Below are positions 40,893 to 50,057 of a DNA stretch of 64,000 bases, piece by piece. The notes under the pieces are model-generated. The model was given only the letters and a program-made list of their open reading frames with translations. It was not told the origin of the DNA and searched no databases. The stretch's first letter is position 1, and each line of letters starts with the position of its first letter. The stretch spans positions 26,491-90,490 of the forward strand of contig CAZLED010000001.1 of assembly GCA_964558485.1 (NCBI GenBank). The letters are read 5' to 3'. Origin of the DNA: an uncultured Ruminococcus sp. GTDB lineage: Bacteria > Bacillota > Clostridia > Oscillospirales > CAG-272. The translations under genes and the position numbers were made by a program.

Positions 40893-41786
40893 ATGTATAT
40901 AGATAATGCCGGTAAAACGTGGTTCAAAGGGAATCTGCATATGCACACCACGGAGTCGGACGGCAGCCTGACACCCAAAGAAGCCGCCGAACTGTATCGG
41001 AACAATGGGTATGATTTTATTGCCAGAACGGACCATTGGAAGGTGGGACCGGCCGACGAATTTGACGGGATCTTATGCCTGTCCGGGTGCGAATACAACA
41101 TTGGCGGTCACCCGAAGGAAGGTGTGTTCCACATCGTGGGCGTGGGCATGACGGCGGATCCGATGCTCCCACGAGGCAGTGCAGAGCATCCGCTGACGGG
41201 ACAGGAGATCGTGAACGGGATCCGGGAAAAGGATGGACTTGCCATCATTGCACACCCGGCCTGGAGTCTGAACACGCCGGAGCAGATCCTGTCCATCCAT
41301 CGGGACACACCCTTTGATATGACGGAGATCTTCAACTCCACCTCCGATATGCCCCGGAACTGCCGACCCTACAGCGGATTGATCACGGATATGCTGGCCT
41401 GTGCTGGTGTGTTCCTGCCGCTGGGTGCTGCCGACGATTCCCACCTGTACGCCGACTGGGATCGTTGCCGCAGCTTCATCTGGGTACAGGCGGAGGCATG
41501 CACCAGAGACGCCATTCTGACTGCCATTCGCCAAGGGAAGTTTTACGCATCCCAGGCACCACGGATGGACGTGCGATGGTTGGACGGCAAAGTGCTTGTG
41601 GACTGCGACCCGGTCTGCGAGATCGTGTATTACACCGACAGCGTCTGGACGGGACACCGCTCCGATGTGGGAGAAAACCTGACCCATGGGGAATATGTGC
41701 CGTCTGCGGTGGACACCTTTGTGCGTGTGGAAGTGAAGGATGCCGCCGGTCGCTATGGCTGGAGCCAGTATATTCTGGTGAAGTAA
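40893..41786 (+). CDS. PHP-domain metal-dependent phosphoesterase (second copy of this fold in the window)
   Basis: GNLHMHTTESDGSL, ARTDHW, IIAHPAWS, ADDSHLY histidine/aspartate clusters. Confidence 0.7.
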   Translation: MYIDNAGKTWFKGNLHMHTTESDGSLTPKEAAELYRNNGYDFIARTDHWKVGPADEFDGILCLSGCEYNIGGHPKEGVFHIVGVGMTADPMLPRGSAEHPLTGQEIVNGIREKDGLAIIAHPAWSLNTPEQILSIHRDTPFDMTEIFNSTSDMPRNCRPYSGLITDMLACAGVFLPLGAADDSHLYADWDRCRSFIWVQAEACTRDAILTAIRQGKFYASQAPRMDVRWLDGKVLVDCDPVCEIVYYTDSVWTGHRSDVGENLTHGEYVPSAVDTFVRVEVKDAAGRYGWSQYILVK

Positions 41787-41794
41787 ATATATAA

Positions 41795-41848
41795 AAAAGC
41801 TTTCCCGGATGTGTCCATGCATGGGGCACCAATGGGGAAGCTTTTCTT
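41795..41848 (+). terminator. Terminator after the PHP gene
   Basis: aaaagctttccc-(loop)-ggggaagctttt, then cttg. Confidence 0.6.
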
Positions 41849-41850
41849 GT

Positions 41851-41910
41851 ATGAATAGGGAATAATGAAGAATGAAGAATTATGGTGGAAATAGCTTCGC
41901 TATTTCGAAT
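41851..41910 (+). repeat. AATGAAG-repeat plus hairpin element, copy 1
   Basis: aataatgaagaatgaagaattatggtg-GAAATAGC-ttc-GCTATTTC (hairpin 41888-41906). Confidence 0.65.
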
Positions 41911-41981
41911 GGTTGATAGGGGGCTGATTTCCTTTGCGAATTTGCAGCTGCGGTTTTATTCGGGAAATTCACCAAATCCTA

Positions 41982-42010
41982 TTGACAGAATACCAGTTTT
42001 GTGCTATACT
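41982..42010 (+). promoter_or_regulatory. Promoter of SBP paralog G
   Basis: TTGACA (41982-41987), 17 nt spacer, TGc-TATACT (42005-42010). Confidence 0.6.
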
Positions 42011-42046
42011 GTGTCCATACTATACTCGATACTTAGGAGGCTATTT

Positions 42047-43516
42047 ATGCGTAGAGTTTGTGCGGGACTGCTGGGGATCCTATTGCTGGTTTCTCTGCTT
42101 TCTTCCTGTGGCAATACAGAGGTCGAAGAAACGGTGGCTGCGGACAACACGGCCACGGAGACCCAGGCCGATACCACACCGGTGGAGACGAGCCGTGCCG
42201 ATTACCCGGACGATCTGCCGGAGAAGGATTTTGGCGGACAGGAGTACATCATTTGCAACATCATCACGGGAGACGTAGACAAGGAATATGAGATCCTGTC
42301 GGTGGAGCTGACCGGAGAAGCCTGCAACGATGCGGTGTTCCATCGGAATGTGAAGATCGAAGAACGGTTCAACACCAAGATCGCAGCCCTGATGGAAGCC
42401 GAGCCGGAGTCGGTGCTGAAGCAGTCTGCGCTTTCCGGAGACAGTGCCTTTACGCTGTGCGGCTACGTGAACTTCAAGGCCTATGTACCGGTAGCGGCCG
42501 GCGCCTGCCTGAACTGGAACGACATTCCCTATGTGGATCAGTCCAAGCCCTGGAATAACCAGCTGGCCAACGAGCCTGCCACCATCAACGGCAAGCTGTT
42601 CGCCATCAACAGTGACCTTTCCATTTCCTCGTTGCAATACACCTATGGGATGTTCTTCAACTATGCGCTGGTGGAGGACCAGGGATACACGCCGGCAGAT
42701 CTGTACCAGATGGTCTTTGACGGCGACTGGACCATCGACAAAATGCGGGAAATGACCGAGAACGTGTGGATCGATACCAATGGCGATACCAAGCACGATG
42801 CCAACGATATCCACGGATACGCCGTGCATCCCGGACTCAATACCACGGACGTCTGGTTGGCAGCGCTGGATCTGCCGGTGGCGACCATCCACAACGACGG
42901 TACCTACTCCATCGATTTCTTCTGTGAAAAGACTATTTCTGCACTGGAAAAGTGCATGGCGCTTACCTTTGACGGCGAGGGCACCTTTACCGGTACCGGT
43001 GGCTGGCGTGAGGTCCCTGCCAACTTTGCATCCGGCAAGATCATGATGACCCAGCTGTACTTTGGGGAGACCACCCAGTCTCTGACCGATATGGAGGACA
43101 CCTATGGGATCCTGCCGCTGCCCAAGTACGACAAGGAGCAGCAGGAATATTACACCAATGCCTGGGACCAGTTCTCCGTATTCTCTGTGCCGGTGACCGC
43201 ATCGGATCTGGAATTTGTGGGTGTGATCTTTGACGCATTGTCTGCAGAGACCTGGCGCACCGTATATCCGGCATACTACGACACCGCACTCAAGAGCCGG
43301 TATTCTGCGGACCCGGCGGTGGCAGAGATCGTGGACATCATCATGGCCGGACGGAAATTTGAGTTCACCTTCCAGTTCGGCGATGACCTGCAGCGTCTGC
43401 CGTATTTGTTCCGGGAAATGCTGGCGGCCAAGACCACGGATGTAGCGTCCAAGTACAAGAGCGTGGAAAGCAAAATGAAGGAAGCCATCGAGAAGATGTA
43501 CTCCTATTACGAATAA
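42047..43516 (+). CDS. Lipoprotein, solute-binding protein family (paralog G)
   Basis: MRRVCAGLLGILLLVSLLSSC lipobox. CNDAVFHRN, SKPWNNQ, DTNGDTKHDANDIHG, YGILPLPKYDK. AGGAGG RBS. Confidence 0.8.
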   Translation: MRRVCAGLLGILLLVSLLSSCGNTEVEETVAADNTATETQADTTPVETSRADYPDDLPEKDFGGQEYIICNIITGDVDKEYEILSVELTGEACNDAVFHRNVKIEERFNTKIAALMEAEPESVLKQSALSGDSAFTLCGYVNFKAYVPVAAGACLNWNDIPYVDQSKPWNNQLANEPATINGKLFAINSDLSISSLQYTYGMFFNYALVEDQGYTPADLYQMVFDGDWTIDKMREMTENVWIDTNGDTKHDANDIHGYAVHPGLNTTDVWLAALDLPVATIHNDGTYSIDFFCEKTISALEKCMALTFDGEGTFTGTGGWREVPANFASGKIMMTQLYFGETTQSLTDMEDTYGILPLPKYDKEQQEYYTNAWDQFSVFSVPVTASDLEFVGVIFDALSAETWRTVYPAYYDTALKSRYSADPAVAEIVDIIMAGRKFEFTFQFGDDLQRLPYLFREMLAAKTTDVASKYKSVESKMKEAIEKMYSYYE

Positions 43517-43595
43517 GTCAAGGCCTTACGGATCCGTTAACACAGAGCAAGGTTGGGCGGATCGGCGTTGGCTGCAGCAAAACATAGCAAAACAA

Positions 43596-43650
43596 ACGAG
43601 AGCAGAGGTCGTGTCGGCTCGGACACCGCTTCTGCTCTCGTCTTTTGTTT
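43596..43650. terminator. Bidirectional terminator (paralog G on plus strand, tRNA-Ser on minus strand)
   Basis: acgagagcag-...-ctgctctcgt, flanked by an A-rich 5' side and cttttgtttg 3' side. Confidence 0.65.
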
Positions 43651-43727
43651 GTGCACACAAACGTGGTTGTGCCCACAAACACAAAAAAACCAGCAAATCC
43701 ATAGGGAATCACTGGTTCTTTCGCTGA

Positions 43728-43815
43728 CGCAGAAGGAGAGATTTGAACTCTCGCACCGGTTACCCGGCCTACACCCTTAGCAGGGGCGCCTCTTCGGCCA
43801 CTTGAGTACTTCTGC
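43728..43815 (-). tRNA. tRNA-Ser (anticodon GCT), class II with long variable arm, CCA not encoded
   Basis: Manual cloverleaf: acceptor GCAGAAG/CTTCTGC, anticodon stem CGCCC/GGGTG, loop CTGCTAA, 19-nt variable arm, T arm GAGAG-TTCAAAT-CTCTC. 88 nt. Confidence 0.9.
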
Positions 43816-43856
43816 ATACTTGCAGGTGCGGTCGTCTCAGAAACACCCGCCCCTAT

Positions 43857-43885
43857 AGTATACACCATTTTCTCTCGTTTGTCAA
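43857..43885 (-). promoter_or_regulatory. Promoter of tRNA-Ser
   Basis: Minus strand: TTGACA (43885-43880), 17 nt spacer, TATACT (43862-43857). Confidence 0.6.
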
Positions 43886-44050
43886 CCGGTTTTTCAAAAT
43901 TTTCTTCGGGAATTTACGAAGTTTTTTGGGAATCCCAAAATGCACGTGGCGGCATTGTCGGTGTACGAGCATTTGTTTTGCCGTGATGCTTACTTTGCTT
44001 TGTAAAAGAGAAGGACCCACCGATCGGTCCATCGGCAGATCCACATTTTC

Positions 44051-44584
44051 TCAAAATAGCTTCCGCAGTCCCAGACGCTTCCGAAGCCTGGTGATGTAGG
44101 CCGTGATGCAGGTGGACAGCGTGATATCGTACAGAATGAAGAACAGCGTACCCAGCACCATGGTGGGTACGGTGAAATCGAAATATTCGTCGCCTGCTGT
44201 AAAGAGAAGCTTGGAGAGGGCAATGGTGATCAGCAGCATGGTATCCAGCAGCGACAGCTTCGCCAGCCATGCAAACCAGTAGGGCAGCTTTTCCAGTACC
44301 GCTTTCAGGATCGGATAGATGCCGCCTAAGCACAGGTACTCCACTGCCACCAGCTTATCCGGCAGCAGGAGCAGAGACAGCACGCCAGCCACCGCTACGG
44401 TCAGCCAGGCGAATTTTTGTCCCACTTCCACCACCACCAGCATGGTCAGCAGTGCACACAGCGCAGCCGCCGACAGATCCAGCACGGAGGTCAGGCAGCC
44501 GATATAGAGAAACACCACCGACAGCGCCGCTATGATCGCTGCAAAGGCAAGCCGTCTGGTCAGGGAAAGAGAAGAGTTTTTCAT
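44051..44584 (-). CDS. Integral membrane protein of unknown function (177 aa, ~5 predicted helices)
   Basis: Hydrophobic throughout. AAAGGTGG RBS. Begins 15 nt after the J-domain gene. Confidence 0.65.
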   Translation of the reverse strand: MKNSSLSLTRRLAFAAIIAALSVVFLYIGCLTSVLDLSAAALCALLTMLVVVEVGQKFAWLTVAVAGVLSLLLLPDKLVAVEYLCLGGIYPILKAVLEKLPYWFAWLAKLSLLDTMLLITIALSKLLFTAGDEYFDFTVPTMVLGTLFFILYDITLSTCITAYITRLRKRLGLRKLF

Positions 44585-44599
44585 AAAGCGCCACCTTTC

Positions 44600-45211
44600 T
44601 CAGCAGCAGGGGACCAGGTCACCGCCGCAGCATTCACACATGGCATCGGCACAGAGCAGACTGGAGCATAGGCCGCAGCAGTCGATGTCATTGGCAGAAC
44701 CGGTGCTGGTGCGATAGGGAGAACCAAAGCCGGTGGAGCGCATATGCATCCGGTTTTTGGCTTCCCGGTATTCGGCGTTCTGGGGATCCAGATAGCACGC
44801 TACCTCGATATATTTGAGGGCATCGTAGTAATACCCACGCTGTACCAGCAGGCAGCCCTTCAGGTAATTCCATTCGGCGCCACGATCCCCTGCAGGTGTG
44901 GCATCCACCATCAGCTCGGCTTCGGCATAATGGCCGCCACGGATCAGCTCCCGGATCTGGGGAAAGGATGTGGCACCGGAGGAAGAATAGTTGGCGTAGG
45001 ACGAGCTCGTACGACCGCCACCTTTGCGTTCCTTTTGGATGGCTTCGTAGGCCTCGTTGACCTCTTTCATTTTTTCTTCCGCTACGTCTGCCAGGTCGGA
45101 GCCTGCGTAGTTGTCCGGATGATATTTCCGGGCAAGCTCCCGGTAGGCTTTTTTGATTTCCTCGTCTGTAGCCGTTCGGGGAACGCCCAGCACACTGTAT
45201 GGATCTTTCAT
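44600..45211 (-). CDS. J-domain (DnaJ-like) protein with TPR-like middle and extremely Cys-rich C-terminal tail
   Basis: [32 protein letters not shown] (HPD motif). The last 29 aa, [29 protein letters not shown], contain 9 Cys. Confidence 0.8.
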   Translation of the reverse strand: MKDPYSVLGVPRTATDEEIKKAYRELARKYHPDNYAGSDLADVAEEKMKEVNEAYEAIQKERKGGGRTSSSYANYSSSGATSFPQIRELIRGGHYAEAELMVDATPAGDRGAEWNYLKGCLLVQRGYYYDALKYIEVACYLDPQNAEYREAKNRMHMRSTGFGSPYRTSTGSANDIDCCGLCSSLLCADAMCECCGGDLVPCC

Positions 45212-45213
45212 GT

Positions 45214-46200
45214 TCAGGTTCGACTCCTGTAATTTGTTTCGTCAATAGTCCCATCCGGGGACGAAAGAAAGGTGCGGTCACCGTGGGCCCGGCGGCTTTG
45301 GGGTTCACCGGCTGCGATACGCTGCACCATATTGGGCATACCCAGATAGACGATGTTGCGCACGATCTCGGTCAGTGGCACGTCCGGCAGCAGCTCTACT
45401 GCCTGTCCCAATTTGGCAAGATCCAGACCGGTAGCGGTCACAAAGGCATCTCGTACCGGGGCATTTTGCCTCGGGGCACTGCAGGCACCGTTCTCGGTCA
45501 GCGCCATCTCTCCCCAAAGTGCGTACAGGGGATTGTACCGATCCTTTGCCACGTCTTCGGGCAGGTCGTCCATGGCATCGCAGAGATACAAAAACCGTCC
45601 GGTCCCTACGCCGATGGCACGTGCGATCCGGGAAGCGGTATCCGGCAGACCTATGGCAAACAGCTCTCCCAGCAGTTCCCCAAAGCATTGTGCCATGGTA
45701 TCCGGGGATGCGCAGTTTTCTTTTTCCTTTGCTGTCAGCGCTTGTAGCTGTTGGGCGCAGAACCCGGGCAGTGCGGCGGTCTCCGGCAGCGCTTTTGTGG
45801 CACGGTGCTGCATGGGGATCGTCAATGGAGAAAGCAGCAGGGACGGCACACGGGTCAGCCCTTTTTCGTCCTGCCAGTCGTCCAGCCGTTTGGCTTCGGT
45901 CAGATAAGCTGCCACCGCTGCGGTGTGATCCAGCGCCGGATGTGGGTCTGCGATCAGTCGGGTGTGGATGGGATGCACGGCACAGCGGCATGGGGTAAAA
46001 TGAAAGGGTTCGGTGAGAATGCTGCGTACCAGTGCCAAAAAGGTGAGATCGTAGCTCAGGGTCAGTCGGGACGCTTGTCCGGTGACCCTTCCCATGGCAC
46101 GGCAAAGACCGCAGTAGACCCCACGATACCACCAAAACTCCCGAACACGCAGAGCCGCCGTATCCGGTCGCACATATCCAAACACAGCTGCACCACCCAT
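45214..46200 (-). CDS. Uncharacterised protein (DUF5685-like by memory of the FGYVRP...YCGLC N-terminus)
   Basis: (M)[36 protein letters not shown]. The start is ambiguous: ATG 46198-46200 or GTG 46183-46185. Stop lies 2 nt before the J-domain start. Confidence 0.65.
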   Translation of the reverse strand: MGGAAVFGYVRPDTAALRVREFWWYRGVYCGLCRAMGRVTGQASRLTLSYDLTFLALVRSILTEPFHFTPCRCAVHPIHTRLIADPHPALDHTAAVAAYLTEAKRLDDWQDEKGLTRVPSLLLSPLTIPMQHRATKALPETAALPGFCAQQLQALTAKEKENCASPDTMAQCFGELLGELFAIGLPDTASRIARAIGVGTGRFLYLCDAMDDLPEDVAKDRYNPLYALWGEMALTENGACSAPRQNAPVRDAFVTATGLDLAKLGQAVELLPDVPLTEIVRNIVYLGMPNMVQRIAAGEPQSRRAHGDRTFLSSPDGTIDETNYRSRT

Positions 46201-46294
46201 CCTTTTGTCGATGGTATTATTGTACAGCCTTTGCCAGAGCAATACAAGGTGTAATTTGTGAATTTCAGGTTAAGAAACAAGAAGAGCGGCAAAA

Positions 46295-46339
46295 GAAAAA
46301 AGAAGCAGCGGAAAGCATTGGCGCTGTCCACCGCTTCTT
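46295..46339 (-). terminator. Terminator of the SNF transporter gene
   Basis: Minus strand: imperfect hairpin agaagcggtgg...ccgctgcttct followed by TTTTTT. Confidence 0.5.
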
Positions 46340-46368
46340 GTCGTATGGTTTTTCGGTTTTCTTATTCT

Positions 46369-47724
46369 TTATATTTTCATGATCCCCATGCCGTCCAGTA
46401 TGGAGGAGACCAGGATCAGCACTATGCACACAGGGGCCAGATATTTGATGACCACCACGAACAGCTTCTCTGCCTTGAATTTGCCGGTCAGAGAGATCTC
46501 GTCGATGAGGGCCTTCGGTTTGATCACGTAGCCCACAAAGATGCAGGTGATAAGGGCCAGGATCGGCATGATGACGCTGTTGGAGATGAAGTCGAAGAAG
46601 TCCAAGAACTGGAACCCGAAAATCCGGATATCCGACCACACGCCGTTGCCCAAAGACGAGGGAATGCCCATGAGCAGGCTGTACACGAACACCACCAGGC
46701 ACGTGACCTTTCGGTTCCAATGGAGCTTATCCTGGAAGATGGACACGATGGTCTCCATCAGAGAAATGGACGAGGTCAGCGCCGCAAACAGCACCAGCAG
46801 AAAGAACAGGGCGCCGATGATGGTACCGCCTTTCATGCTGTCGAAGACCTTGGGCAGGGAGATGAACATCAGGCTGGGGCCTTTGCCCAGTGCTTCTTCG
46901 TTGCCGCCGGAGAACACGAACACAGAGGGAATGATCATCAGTCCGGCTAAGAAGGCGATACCGGTATCAAAAATTTCGATATGCCGCACGGACTGCTCCA
47001 GATCCACGTCCTTTTTCATATAGGAGCCATAGGTGATCATGATGCCCATGGCCAGCGACATGGAGTAGAAAAGCTGACCCATGGCGGCAAGGACTGTGGT
47101 GGCGGAGAACTTGGAAAGGTCGGGGGTGATATAGTACAGAACCCCCTCCAGTGCGCCGGGCATACAAACGGAATAGATGGAGATGACAAGGGTCAGCACC
47201 ACCAGCACCGGCATCATAAATTTGGATACGGCTTCGATGCCCTTGTCTACGCCCAGCAGCACGACCAAGGCAGTGGCTGCCATAAAGAGGAAGAACCAGA
47301 CAAGCGGCTCGCCGGCCTGGGCGATAAAATCGGTGAAGTAGGTGTCATTTGCAGCGGCGTGTGCGTCTCCGGTGCAGTAGGCCACAAGGTACTTGGTGAC
47401 CCAGCCGCCGATGACGGAGTAGTAGGGCAGCACGATCATGGGCACCAGGCAAGCGATATACCCGACCCAGCCAAAGCGTTTATCCAGGGCACGATAGGCA
47501 CCGATGGCAGACAGACCCGTCTTCCGACCGATGGCGATCTCAGCGGACATCAGCGCAAAGCCGAAGGTCACAGCCAATGCGATATACACCAGCAGGAAGA
47601 TGCCGCCGCCGTACTGGGCAGCCAGATAGGGGAAACGCCAGATATTTCCCAGACCCACCGCAGAACCGGCTGCAGTCAGGATGAACCCAAGCTTCCCGGA
47701 AAAGGTACTTCTTTTTTCGTTCAT
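46369..47724 (-). CDS. Sodium-dependent transporter, neurotransmitter:sodium symporter (SNF) family
   Basis: GFILTAAGSAVGLGNIWRFPYLAAQYGGG is the SNF family signature. About 12 hydrophobic segments. Confidence 0.9.
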   Translation of the reverse strand: MNEKRSTFSGKLGFILTAAGSAVGLGNIWRFPYLAAQYGGGIFLLVYIALAVTFGFALMSAEIAIGRKTGLSAIGAYRALDKRFGWVGYIACLVPMIVLPYYSVIGGWVTKYLVAYCTGDAHAAANDTYFTDFIAQAGEPLVWFFLFMAATALVVLLGVDKGIEAVSKFMMPVLVVLTLVISIYSVCMPGALEGVLYYITPDLSKFSATTVLAAMGQLFYSMSLAMGIMITYGSYMKKDVDLEQSVRHIEIFDTGIAFLAGLMIIPSVFVFSGGNEEALGKGPSLMFISLPKVFDSMKGGTIIGALFFLLVLFAALTSSISLMETIVSIFQDKLHWNRKVTCLVVFVYSLLMGIPSSLGNGVWSDIRIFGFQFLDFFDFISNSVIMPILALITCIFVGYVIKPKALIDEISLTGKFKAEKLFVVVIKYLAPVCIVLILVSSILDGMGIMKI

Positions 47725-47791
47725 GAGATTTTCTCCATTCTGTACAATAATACTGTCGCTATACCATAACGCAATGCTGTGTTACCAGGAT

Positions 47792-47820
47792 AGTATACCA
47801 TATATCGCCGGGTTTTGCAA
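47792..47820 (-). promoter_or_regulatory. Promoter of the SNF transporter gene
   Basis: Minus strand: TTGCAA (47820-47815), 17 nt spacer, TGg-TATACT (47797-47792). Confidence 0.55.
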
Positions 47821-47899
47821 CCGTTTTTAGGAAAAATACAAAAAAGAAAAGAAAAGGTATATTTTTGCAGCGGTTCTGTTCCGATTTTTGGGAACGATA

Positions 47900-47928
47900 T
47901 TGACAAGGCGATGAGAATATGGTATACT
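47900..47928 (+). promoter_or_regulatory. Promoter of the 634-aa secreted protein gene
   Basis: TTGACA (47900-47905), 17 nt spacer, TGg-TATACT (47923-47928). Confidence 0.6.
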
Positions 47929-47991
47929 GAAGTGCGTTGATTTCCGTGACAACAATTTTAAAAAAACTGTATCAGAGAAAGGATCTGCCGT

Positions 47992-49896
47992 ATGCAAAAA
48001 AATTGGATTCGCCTTCTCAGCTTGGTTTTGGTCAGTGTACTGCTGCTGTCCGGTGTTCCCATAGGCGCCGCCACAGCGGAAAAGCTGGATGTCGGGTATA
48101 CGTATTTGTACATATTTGAAAAAGATGGGTTTACATTTTGGGATGTAGAACGTGAGTTCGAATTCTATTGTGCGGATTCCGATGGGAATTACTATTTTCT
48201 CTTGCGGAATATTGCCGACATACTATCGGACACCGATCGCTGCTTTGATGTGCAGTGGAATGCCAAAGAAAATATTGCGGAGCTGAAAAGCGGTATCTCG
48301 TACACAGGAGACACTGTGTTTATCGATTGCTGGAGTACAATGGTTACTGGTGCCAGGAAGGATGTTCCACTGCTGATCAATGGCAAGAAGGTCACGCTGA
48401 CCGGGTACAACATTCAGGGCCATACGGCATTCCGGCTGGAAGACCTGGCAGCGCATTTGGGATTTTTGGTGCAGCCGGAAATGCAAGAGGTCGTTCAGAT
48501 CAGCGACTCTGCGACAACGACGGTGTACGAACCCTACTATAATATCTACACCGGATTCAACGACTACGATGCCGTTTCGATGACCGATGGGCAGGGCACC
48601 TCTGTGATGACCGACGACTACTCCTGCGCTCGCTGGGCCGATCCGATCAAGTCGTACCTGTTTGATGCCGGCAATGGCAAGTTCTCTTTGCTGCGGTGTG
48701 TGTGCGACACCATCACTGTGTCCCGGTACGATGCCACGACCTTGACTGTGGAGAGCAGCTTTACCGTGCCCTTTGAGCTGACCCGGTTCGGTGGCTTCTA
48801 TGCCGGGGAGAAGTACAACTACATCGCCTTTGGAGACAGTCTGCAGGCCGACACCTACAAGGAGCACGGTGAGCAAGAGGTGATCCGTGTGGTCAAATAC
48901 GACAAGAGTTTCAAGCGGCTGGATGCCCTGTCCGTAGGTGCCAAGGATAGCGGTGTGTTCTGTCCCTATGATGCCTCTCCTGCACGTATGTCGGAAAAGA
49001 ACGGCACCCTGGTACTGCACACCGGTCGTGCACTGTATGACACCGACAGCAATGATGCACGTCACCAGATGCAGATCACGCTGATGATCGATACCGCCGC
49101 CATGACGCTGGATCGGTATGCCGGTTCCTGGGTCAGCCACAGCTTCAACCAGTTCGTGGACTGGAACGGGGAAGAGCACGTGCTGCTGGACCATGGAGAC
49201 GCATACCCTCGTTCGGTGGTGCTGAGCATATTCGATGGCAACGACTATCGTACACTGGATCTTTACCAGATCCCCGGTGCCACAGGAGCAAACTGTACCG
49301 GTGTGACCGTCGGTGGCTTTGCGGTGACTGAGGACGGCTACATGGCTGCCATCAATGCCGTGGATCCGGGCAAGGTGCGTTCCTACAACAGCTACACCAT
49401 GGAAGGGCTTGACCGTGACGAGCGAAATGTGCTCCTGCTGGTCACCAGCAAAAAGAATATTTACACGAAAAATGTCCAGCAGATCACGCTGACCGATTAC
49501 ATTGGCAAGGGCAAGCTGGGCAGTATGCCGTACCTGGTGCAGCTAAGCGAAAATCTCCTGGCGGTGCTGTGGGAAGAATACAGCTACACCGAAGATGGCG
49601 ATACGGTGGACAATGGTCTGCGGTACTGCTTTGTCGATGGCAGCGGCAACCGGCTGGGTGAAGTACAGGCGGCGCCGGATAAGCAGCTTTCCATGGATTG
49701 CCAGCCGTTGTACATAGGTGGGAAGCTGTTGTGGTTCACCGACCATGGCGGCATTCGTTCCTTCTATTCCATCGAAGTCCCCTACGCCACGAGCACCAAC
49801 GATACGGCAGCGGACGACACGGTAAAGGATGCGGCAAACGAAACATCGGCAGAGACGGCGGCACGTCCCAAGACCAGTATGCCGGTGCGTCACTGA
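47992..49896 (+). CDS. Secreted protein of unknown function (634 aa) with a copper-amine-oxidase-N1-like (stalk) domain
   Basis: Signal peptide MQKNWIRLLSLVLVSVLLLSGVPIGAATA. VPLLINGKKVTLTGYNIQGHTAFRLEDLAAHLGF resembles Cu_amine_oxidN1 domains. The remainder is unassigned. Confidence 0.65.
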   Translation: MQKNWIRLLSLVLVSVLLLSGVPIGAATAEKLDVGYTYLYIFEKDGFTFWDVEREFEFYCADSDGNYYFLLRNIADILSDTDRCFDVQWNAKENIAELKSGISYTGDTVFIDCWSTMVTGARKDVPLLINGKKVTLTGYNIQGHTAFRLEDLAAHLGFLVQPEMQEVVQISDSATTTVYEPYYNIYTGFNDYDAVSMTDGQGTSVMTDDYSCARWADPIKSYLFDAGNGKFSLLRCVCDTITVSRYDATTLTVESSFTVPFELTRFGGFYAGEKYNYIAFGDSLQADTYKEHGEQEVIRVVKYDKSFKRLDALSVGAKDSGVFCPYDASPARMSEKNGTLVLHTGRALYDTDSNDARHQMQITLMIDTAAMTLDRYAGSWVSHSFNQFVDWNGEEHVLLDHGDAYPRSVVLSIFDGNDYRTLDLYQIPGATGANCTGVTVGGFAVTEDGYMAAINAVDPGKVRSYNSYTMEGLDRDERNVLLLVTSKKNIYTKNVQQITLTDYIGKGKLGSMPYLVQLSENLLAVLWEEYSYTEDGDTVDNGLRYCFVDGSGNRLGEVQAAPDKQLSMDCQPLYIGGKLLWFTDHGGIRSFYSIEVPYATSTNDTAADDTVKDAANETSAETAARPKTSMPVRH

Positions 49897-49926
49897 TGCC
49901 ATAAGAAGAACGTAAAGAATACGATA

Positions 49927-49986
49927 AAGCAAGCGCTGCAGGAAAGTCGGCAACAACGATACACCTGCAGTGCTTGTTTTCTTTTG
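49927..49986 (+). terminator. Strong rho-independent terminator (16-bp stem)
   Basis: aagcaagcgctgcagg-(21-nt loop)-cctgcagtgcttgttt, then tcttttg. Confidence 0.75.
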
Positions 49987-50057
49987 CACGGCTTTGTATA
50001 TCCTGCCATCGATCCGGCAATACTAGGCCCATACCGAATCGGAAGGAGAACGATCGT

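Noticed and set aside
43553-43780. ORFs overlapping tRNA genes (43553-43780; also 53023-53214, 60896-61096, 60927-61205 and 61174-61392)
   Set aside because: These regions fold into canonical cloverleaves with correct anticodon loops. The ORFs lack RBSs.
49927-49986. PTS-type RAT/terminator antitermination switch upstream of the EIICB gene
   Set aside because: The hairpin looks like a plain 16-bp terminator of the preceding gene. I could not find a RAT-like sequence overlapping its 5' arm. No BglG/LicT/GlcT-family antiterminator gene is nearby.
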